A stretch of DNA of 63,794 nucleotides, counting the filler, from an uncultured bacterium (lineage in GTDB: Bacteria > Latescibacterota > UBA2968): assembly GCA_964471275.1 (NCBI GenBank). It is 4 parts of 4 records of this genome, joined end to end, with 100 filler letters (N's around TTAATTAATTAA, not from the genome) between each part and the next. Parts side by side here need not be neighbours in the genome. Positions count along the whole stretch, not along the records: positions 48,122 to 63,794 come from CAYYGZ010000101.1; 3 more parts are not named here. The stretch is one strand, 5' to 3'. Shown here in pieces: positions 57,929-63,794 of the stretch; within the stretch, counting starts at the first letter, position 1; every line of letters begins with the position of its first letter. The notes below the pieces were generated by a model that was not told where the DNA came from, did no database searches, and worked only from the letters and a program-made list of their open reading frames with translations. The position numbers and the translations under genes were made by a program.

Positions 57929-59416
57929 ATGGGTAAGCCGACAGGATTTCTGGAATTCAAACGCGAGTTGCCTGCTGACCGATTGCCCGACGAACGGGTG
58001 AAGGATTGGCGTGAGTTTCATCTGCATATGACCGCGGAGGAGCTGCAGGATCAGGGCGCTCGCTGTATGGACTGCGGCGTACCGTTCTGTCACACGGGAG
58101 AGCCGCTGGGAAGCCCTGCCGCTGCCGGCTGTCCTCTGAACAACCTGATTCCCGAGTGGAACGATCTGGTTTATCGAGGACTGTGGCAAGAGGCCATCAA
58201 GCGGCTGCACAAGACGAACAATTTTCCTGAGTTTACGGGTAGAGTCTGTCCCTCGCCGTGCGAAGGGTCCTGTGTTCTGGGGATGAGCAGCCCTGCCGTT
58301 ACGATCAAGAACATCGAGTGTTCGATCGTGGATAAGGCGTTCGATGAGGGTTGGGTTATGGCGGAACCGCCGGAGACTCGGACGGGGAAGAAGGTGGCGA
58401 TCGTCGGGTCCGGTCCTTCAGGTCTTGCCTGTGCGGCTCAACTGAATCGAGCGGGACATACGGTAACGGTATACGAACGCGCTGACCGTATCGGTGGCCT
58501 GCTGATGTACGGGATCCCGAACATGAAGCTGGACAAAGAGACCGTGAATCGTCGGGTGGATCTGCTTGCAGAAGAGGGTGTCACGTTTGTGACCGGCACA
58601 GAAGTCGGAAAGGATCTTTCCGGCAAGGACCTGCAAAGCGAGAACGATGCGATCGTGTTGTGCGGCGGGGCGACCAAGCCCCGGGATCTGCCGATCGAAG
58701 GTCGCTATCTCAAGGGCGTGCACTTTGCGATGGAGTTCCTGCGCGCAAACACGAAGAGCTTTCTGGATTCGGAACATGAAGACGGTGATTACGTCACTGC
58801 CAAGGACAAGCACGTTATTGTGATCGGCGGCGGCGACACGGGTACGGATTGTGTCGGCACATCGATCCGGCACGGATGCAAATCCCTGACCCAGTTCGAG
58901 ATTATGGATCGGCCACCGGATGAGCGTCAGCTAGGCAATCCCTGGCCGCAATGGCCCCGGGTCTACTCACTCGACTACGGGCAGGAAGAGGCGAAGGATC
59001 GCTTCGGGGATGACCCACGCGAGTATCTGATCAACACGACGAAGATAGTCGGTGACGAAGACGGTAGCGTCAAGGAGCTGCATACCGTACGCGTGGAGTG
59101 GACGCCCGGAGACAACGGCCGGCCCTTCCCGAAACCGATCGAAGGTAGCGAGAAGGTTTATCCGGCCGATCTCGTGCTTCTCGCGATGGGTTTTTTGGGT
59201 CCGGAAGATACGCTCCTCGAGCAGCTTGATATCGAACGGGATGAACGATCGAACGCGAAGGCCGCATACGGCAAGCACGCCACCAATGTAGCGGGCGTTT
59301 TTGCGGCCGGCGATATGCGTCGTGGGCAGAGCCTCGTGGTCTGGGCGATCAATGAAGGACGACAGGCGGCGTGCGAGGTTGACCGGTATCTGATGGGATC
59401 ATCGCTTCTACCGTAG
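57929..59416 (+). CDS. gltD: Glutamate synthase small subunit
   Basis: [47 protein letters not shown]. Confidence 0.99.
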   Translation: MGKPTGFLEFKRELPADRLPDERVKDWREFHLHMTAEELQDQGARCMDCGVPFCHTGEPLGSPAAAGCPLNNLIPEWNDLVYRGLWQEAIKRLHKTNNFPEFTGRVCPSPCEGSCVLGMSSPAVTIKNIECSIVDKAFDEGWVMAEPPETRTGKKVAIVGSGPSGLACAAQLNRAGHTVTVYERADRIGGLLMYGIPNMKLDKETVNRRVDLLAEEGVTFVTGTEVGKDLSGKDLQSENDAIVLCGGATKPRDLPIEGRYLKGVHFAMEFLRANTKSFLDSEHEDGDYVTAKDKHVIVIGGGDTGTDCVGTSIRHGCKSLTQFEIMDRPPDERQLGNPWPQWPRVYSLDYGQEEAKDRFGDDPREYLINTTKIVGDEDGSVKELHTVRVEWTPGDNGRPFPKPIEGSEKVYPADLVLLAMGFLGPEDTLLEQLDIERDERSNAKAAYGKHATNVAGVFAAGDMRRGQSLVVWAINEGRQAACEVDRYLMGSSLLP

Positions 59417-59700
59417 ACACTGGCCATCGTTCGACAATCCTCAACACAGAGGAACCTTTGTCAAGCTCAGGACAGGCGCTGAGACCGTAGAGAAGTCAGG
59501 GGTGACAGGTCTCTGCCAGGCGAGAGTGTCGCCTCACTCGATGTGGCCTTGAACGAATCCCCTGGGACCTCAGAGGCCAGTGTGGATTGTCGAAGCAAGG
59601 TCAACCTGCCTGATCTGTGCGGGTGCAAATTGGTCTCCCTCGGCTTCTTCGCGTCGGGATGCGGAGAAGAAGGGAGACGCTGGTTGTTTGATCTGGATTT

Positions 59701-59731
59701 CGTGCCTCATCAGAGAATCTGATGAGGCACG
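59701..59731. repeat. 13-bp inverted repeat upstream of the PhyH remnant
   Basis: CGTGCCTCATCAG-agaat-CTGATGAGGCACG. Confidence 0.7.
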
Positions 59732-59753
59732 TTCAATGTACGGCGAGGACCCG

Positions 59754-60030
59754 ATGTCCGAGAAACAGCTGACTCTATCGCAGCGCTTTCAGTTCGATTC
59801 ACAGGGCAATGTCCTGCTGAAGGGCGTCCTCTCGCATTCCGAGATCGATGCCTGCAAGCGTGCGCTCTACCGAATACACAAGGATTCTGAGGCCGAGTTC
59901 CAGCGTGTGTATCGTCATCCTCAGGGCACGCATCACGCGCTCCTCGGAAACCTGGTCGCCTATGATCCTGTCCTGCTCCACTACGCCACCCAATCCGAGA
60001 GCTTGCAAGGGGGTAGAGGAGCTGGGGGGA
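59754..60030 (+). pseudogene. Truncated PhyH-family dioxygenase N-terminus
   Basis: MSEKQLTLSQRFQFDSQGNVLLKGVLSHSEIDAC...NLVAYDPVLLHYA; the frame degenerates before any HxD motif. Confidence 0.55.
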
Positions 60031-60065
60031 AGGGGGGACGAACCGAAGACGTCTCCGGTTAGGCT

Positions 60066-60968
60066 GTGGAATCACTCTCCATCATACTGGTGCTGATTTC
60101 CTCGGCGATGCACGCGGGGTGGAATGCGATCGGGAAGGGGAAGGTTCCGACCGCTTCTTACTTCCTGGTGGCAGTCTTCGGTGCGATCCTGATGTTGCTG
60201 TTTGCTCCCCTGCAGTGGCCTGAAGTTACAGCCGGGTACGGGCGGCCAGATGTCTATCTCGTGATCACGGCAGGCTTCTTCGAGGCCATTTATATGGTTG
60301 GTCTGGCGGGAGGGTATCGTGCCGGAGATCTATCGCTGGTGTATCCGCTAGCCCGTTCGGTGCCCGCCGTGACGGTGATCTTTGGCAGCGTTCTGCTTGG
60401 TCGGTCGAGTGAGATCGGTGTGCTCTGCTGGGCCGGGGCATTCCTGATCGTTATCGGCTGTGTGTTCCTGCCGCAGCAGAGCTTCCAGCGGATGCGGCTG
60501 GCGAACTATTGGAGCAAGGCCTTCCTGTTCGCGATGCTCGCCGCTCTTGGCACAACCGGCTACTCGCTTGCCGATGATCAGGCTCTGCACTTGCTGCGAT
60601 CCCGACATTCAGACATCCACCCCGCCGGGGTGACGAGTGTTTACGCCTTCTATCAGGCCCTGTTGACCTCGCTGTGGCTGGCCCTGTTCATCATCCCGTG
60701 GCGACAAGGGAGACAGTCTCTCAGACAGACAACCGGTGACTGGCGGCATGTGCTCCCCACTGGGGCGTTCATCGCGCTGACATACCTGATCGTGTTGGTG
60801 GCTTTGGCTTTCGCAAGAGATGTGAGCTATGTTGTGGCCTTCAGGCAAGCCAGTATTCCGATCGGGGTCGCGATGGGTGTGGTGCTGTTCAAGGAACCCC
60901 TGCCACTGCCAAAATTGGTCGGACTTGCCTTACTCGTGATGGGATTGATCCTGGTTTCTCTGGCGTAG
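60066..60968 (+). CDS. EamA/DMT family transporter
   Basis: SAMHAGWN, GDLSLVYPLAR, YSLADD, VSYVVAFRQAS; about 10 TM segments. Confidence 0.92.
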   Translation: MESLSIILVLISSAMHAGWNAIGKGKVPTASYFLVAVFGAILMLLFAPLQWPEVTAGYGRPDVYLVITAGFFEAIYMVGLAGGYRAGDLSLVYPLARSVPAVTVIFGSVLLGRSSEIGVLCWAGAFLIVIGCVFLPQQSFQRMRLANYWSKAFLFAMLAALGTTGYSLADDQALHLLRSRHSDIHPAGVTSVYAFYQALLTSLWLALFIIPWRQGRQSLRQTTGDWRHVLPTGAFIALTYLIVLVALAFARDVSYVVAFRQASIPIGVAMGVVLFKEPLPLPKLVGLALLVMGLILVSLA

Positions 60969-60979
60969 AGGAGTGATAT

Positions 60980-61891
60980 ATGCATAAAAGACAGCTCGGA
61001 AAGGATGGGCCTGATGTGTCCGTGATCGGGCTGGGCGCGTGGCCGATCGGCGGTGGGATGGGGCCGATCGATGAGCCCATCGCGATCGCGACGGTACAGT
61101 CGGCGATCGACAGCGGGATCACGCTGTTGGACACGGCGCAGGCGTACCGTACGAGCGAATCGACGTTGGGGAGAGCGCTTCGGGATGGATACCGGGACCG
61201 CTGTTTCCTGGCCACGAAGGTCAGTCGCGAATTCTCGCCCGAGGGTGTCCGGGCCGCGATGGACGATAGCCTGATCGCTTTGGGCGTCGATCACGTCGAT
61301 CTCTACCAGGTCCACAGCTGGCGGAACGATCAGTTCCCGATTGAGGCCACGATGGAAACGATGGCCCGGCTGCAGGAGGAGGGGAAGACCCGATACATCG
61401 GTGTTTCGAACTTCAACGCCGGCCAGATGGCGACGGCGTATGGCATCTCGCCTTTCCATTCGTGTCAGCCACGCTACAATCTGGTCGATCGGCGGATCGA
61501 AGCAGAGGATCTGCCCTACTGTGCAGAGAAGGGAATCGGCAATCTGGTGCATAGCCCGCTTGGGAAAGGCCTGCTGACGGGAAGGTATGCGGCCGGACAC
61601 GTGTTTCCGGTTGATGATGAGCGGTCCGGTATGCTGCGGTTCCAGGGCGAGTTGTTCGCGCAGTACTGTGCCTTGACCGACCGGCTGAAGAATGTGGCGG
61701 CCGATGTCGGTCTTTCGATGGTACAGCTGGCAATCGCCTGGTGTCTCCGGCAACCAGCTGTCTCGACCGTCCTTGTTGGCGCGAAGGCTCCGGATCAAGC
61801 CGCCGACTATCTGCCCGCGGCAGAGGCAGATCTGGGGGAAGAGACGTTGGGGAGAATCGAAGCGATTCTGCAGGATACGCCTGTGGCTTGA
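60980..61891 (+). CDS. Aldo/keto reductase
   Basis: IGLGAW, LDTAQAY, LATK, VDLYQVH, IGVSNF, SPLGKGLLTG. Confidence 0.95.
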   Translation: MHKRQLGKDGPDVSVIGLGAWPIGGGMGPIDEPIAIATVQSAIDSGITLLDTAQAYRTSESTLGRALRDGYRDRCFLATKVSREFSPEGVRAAMDDSLIALGVDHVDLYQVHSWRNDQFPIEATMETMARLQEEGKTRYIGVSNFNAGQMATAYGISPFHSCQPRYNLVDRRIEAEDLPYCAEKGIGNLVHSPLGKGLLTGRYAAGHVFPVDDERSGMLRFQGELFAQYCALTDRLKNVAADVGLSMVQLAIAWCLRQPAVSTVLVGAKAPDQAADYLPAAEADLGEETLGRIEAILQDTPVA

Positions 61892-61983
61892 GGGGGGGAT
61901 TAGGGCGCGGGGGCAGAGCGCAGGGGGGCAAAGGCAAGGTCAGAGGCGGGTTTGAGATGCAGAGGTAGATGAGCGCCCAAGTG

Positions 61984-62007
61984 TCCTCTCCCGTTTGCGG
62001 GAGAGGA
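61984..62007. repeat. CCTCTCCC...GGGAGAGG palindromic element between convergent genes
   Basis: TCCTCTCCCG-tttg-CGGGAGAGGA. Confidence 0.6.
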
Positions 62008-62163
62008 AGGTCGGCAACGCCGACCCGGTGAGGGCTGGCAGGCTGTGTCGGTCTCGTTGTCACCTGCCGAACTACCGTAACCCCTGTCTCAACTTACTCC
62101 CGTATAGCGCCTTGTATGTCTGCTCTTTCGGAATTTCCTCGGTCGATTTGTGTGTGGCTCAAT

Positions 62164-63645
62164 TCAGCTACCCAGGTGATATCGAAGACTCTGGTTGTAG
62201 ATGCCGCGGGCGGGGTCGCGGTGTTCGGCCATCCAGTCTAACATCGTCTGGCGGAGGTTGTTCAGGCGGTCGAGGTGTGACGGGGAATCAACCAGGTTGG
62301 TTGTTTCGTATGGATCGGCATTCAGATCGTAGAGTTGATCGGGAAAGCCCGCGCTGTAGCCGTATTTGTGGCCGTCCTTGACGATGGTTCGAAGCGTTGC
62401 GGCGAGGTTGTTGACACCGCCGAACTCGATGCCTACGTGGTCACGCCAGTCGGCAGAGGCGTCTTCGATGAGTGGGAGGAGAGATCTGCCGTGGATGTCG
62501 GATGGTGCGGCTGCCCCGGCGATGTCGAGGATGGTCGGATAGATGTCGGCCAGCGATATCAGACCCTCTCTTGTTTCTCCCGCTGATCGACCATCCGGAT
62601 AGCGAACGATCATCGGGATCCGCTGTATCTCCTCAAAATGCTGCCAGCCTTTGTCGGTCAGTCCGCCGTGACTTCCCGCAGTCTCTCCGTGATCTGATGT
62701 GAAGATGATGATGGTGTTGTCGAGCTCTCCGGCTGCCTCCAGGTGTGCGTATATCCGTCCGATCTGTTCGTCGATCAGCGTGGTGAAGGCGTAGTAGTAG
62801 CGGACGGCTGTCGCCCAATCCTCCCAGGTCAGCGACTCGTGCTCAGGGTGTATCTTGACGTGATGCGGTCCGGGTGTCGAGCGTGAAGGCCAGTCGTAGT
62901 TGGGCCAGGGCGGGATGTCAACGTCGCGGTAGCGGTCGACGTACTCCTTCGGCGCGTAGTAAGGCCCGTGCGGCCCCCAGAAGTTGTGCCAGATGAAGTA
63001 GGGCGATGCCTCGGCCAAGAATCGACCGATCAGCGAACACGTGTGGTCGGTCAGGAAGTAAGGTATCGTGGACTCGAGCGGGCCGTTCAGTTCGCCGGTC
63101 GGCAGGATCTGTTTCGCATCCTCGGACCAAGGCTTTACTTCGTGCGCCAATCCCTGACTCTTCAGATACGCGTTGTATTCGTCATAGCCGAAGCCACCGC
63201 CGCCGTGACCGGCGAAGTCCTGACCGATGAACCCACGGGTCGTCGGGATGGCGGGGTCGATGTCGACACCGAAGGCTTTGCTCGCCCCGTTCCCGAGATG
63301 CCACTTTCCGGTGTAGCCGGAGGTGTATCCCTGTTCAGTCAACTGTCTCGGTAGCAAGTTAGGACCGTCGGGCAGCTCGTGTACGCTGGTGCCCAGGTTG
63401 TGTGCGTTGGAACTGATGCCGTGTGTGTGCGGGTATTGTCCCGTGATGACCGTTCCGCGAGCGGGACTGCAGACCGGGCACGTGGTGTAGACGGTGTCGA
63501 ACTGAGTTCCCTCAGACGCGAGACGATCGATGTTGGGTGTCTGGCAAGGCGAGTCCGCGAAGAGCGGAGAGTCTCTGTAGGCGCCGACGGCAGAGAGTCG
63601 GTGCTGGTCGGTCATAATGAGCAGGATGTTCGGGTGTTCGGTCAC
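62164..63645 (-). CDS. Formylglycine sulfatase
   Basis: PNILLIMTDQHR, CSPAR, GKWH, GPHGPY, FTSDHG; probable GTG start 63645. Confidence 0.94.
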   Translation of the reverse strand: MTEHPNILLIMTDQHRLSAVGAYRDSPLFADSPCQTPNIDRLASEGTQFDTVYTTCPVCSPARGTVITGQYPHTHGISSNAHNLGTSVHELPDGPNLLPRQLTEQGYTSGYTGKWHLGNGASKAFGVDIDPAIPTTRGFIGQDFAGHGGGGFGYDEYNAYLKSQGLAHEVKPWSEDAKQILPTGELNGPLESTIPYFLTDHTCSLIGRFLAEASPYFIWHNFWGPHGPYYAPKEYVDRYRDVDIPPWPNYDWPSRSTPGPHHVKIHPEHESLTWEDWATAVRYYYAFTTLIDEQIGRIYAHLEAAGELDNTIIIFTSDHGETAGSHGGLTDKGWQHFEEIQRIPMIVRYPDGRSAGETREGLISLADIYPTILDIAGAAAPSDIHGRSLLPLIEDASADWRDHVGIEFGGVNNLAATLRTIVKDGHKYGYSAGFPDQLYDLNADPYETTNLVDSPSHLDRLNNLRQTMLDWMAEHRDPARGIYNQSLRYHLGS

Positions 63646-63794
63646 GGTGTCCTCACGGGAGTCTGGTGTCAAAGCTTTCACTCAAGTTAAGCTAATCTTA
63701 AAGCGGAATAACTTCTATCATCAGACTACCATCGCGGCACATTCGGATTCCGGGTGAGGCAACCGCAAGTGCCGAACGTCGAAAAAAGGGCCAA

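Noticed and set aside
1..63794. CRISPR array, retron, DGR or defence island
   Set aside because: No regularly spaced direct repeats, reverse transcriptase, cas or recognisable defence genes were seen on either strand

Overview
This 63.8-kb window is not one locus. It is four separate contigs of about 16 kb (1-15945, 16046-31988, 32089-48021, 48122-63794), in descending length, joined by 100-bp artificial spacers (N44-TTAATTAATTAA-N44). The sequence is GC-rich and bacterial. Its many sulfatases, PhyH dioxygenases, DUF6785-like membrane proteins and URO-D-like protein suggest, by inference, a Latescibacterota/Poribacteria-like uncultured heterotroph. Contig 1: msrB 3' end, a GntR-centred peptide/amino-acid catabolic cluster (M42 and M24 peptidases, enolase-superfamily enzyme, DapA-like deaminase, fused serine dehydratase, D-cysteine-desulfhydrase-like pseudogene), an MTase-TPR fusion, DNA polymerase II, a heparinase II/III-like lyase and an amidohydrolase. 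Contig 2: a PanE/ThuA chimeric remnant, CE15 esterase, an unclassified GH-like protein, three sulfatases, AraC, three tandem PhyH dioxygenases and two tandem DUF6785-like transporters. Contig 3: tRNA-Val, ffh-rpsP-rimM-trmD-rplS, rpe, a PASTA-only protein, a structured 6S-like RNA candidate, an IS200/RAYT remnant with dispersed REP-like elements, RluA, an enolase pseudogene, ROK kinase, eda, kdgK, fmt, yajC and a URO-D-like gene. Contig 4: HMA protein, SnoaL, DUF554, uxaB, Zn-dehydrogenase, yigZ, gltBD with a highly structured leader, a PhyH remnant, EamA, AKR and a sulfatase. No CRISPR array, prophage or defence system was seen. The best novelty candidates are the sulfatase/AraC/triple-PhyH/DUF6785 locus, the GntR cluster with atypical active sites, the four-hairpin gltB leader and the structured RNA upstream of rpe. 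Family assignments come from motif recognition, not database searches.
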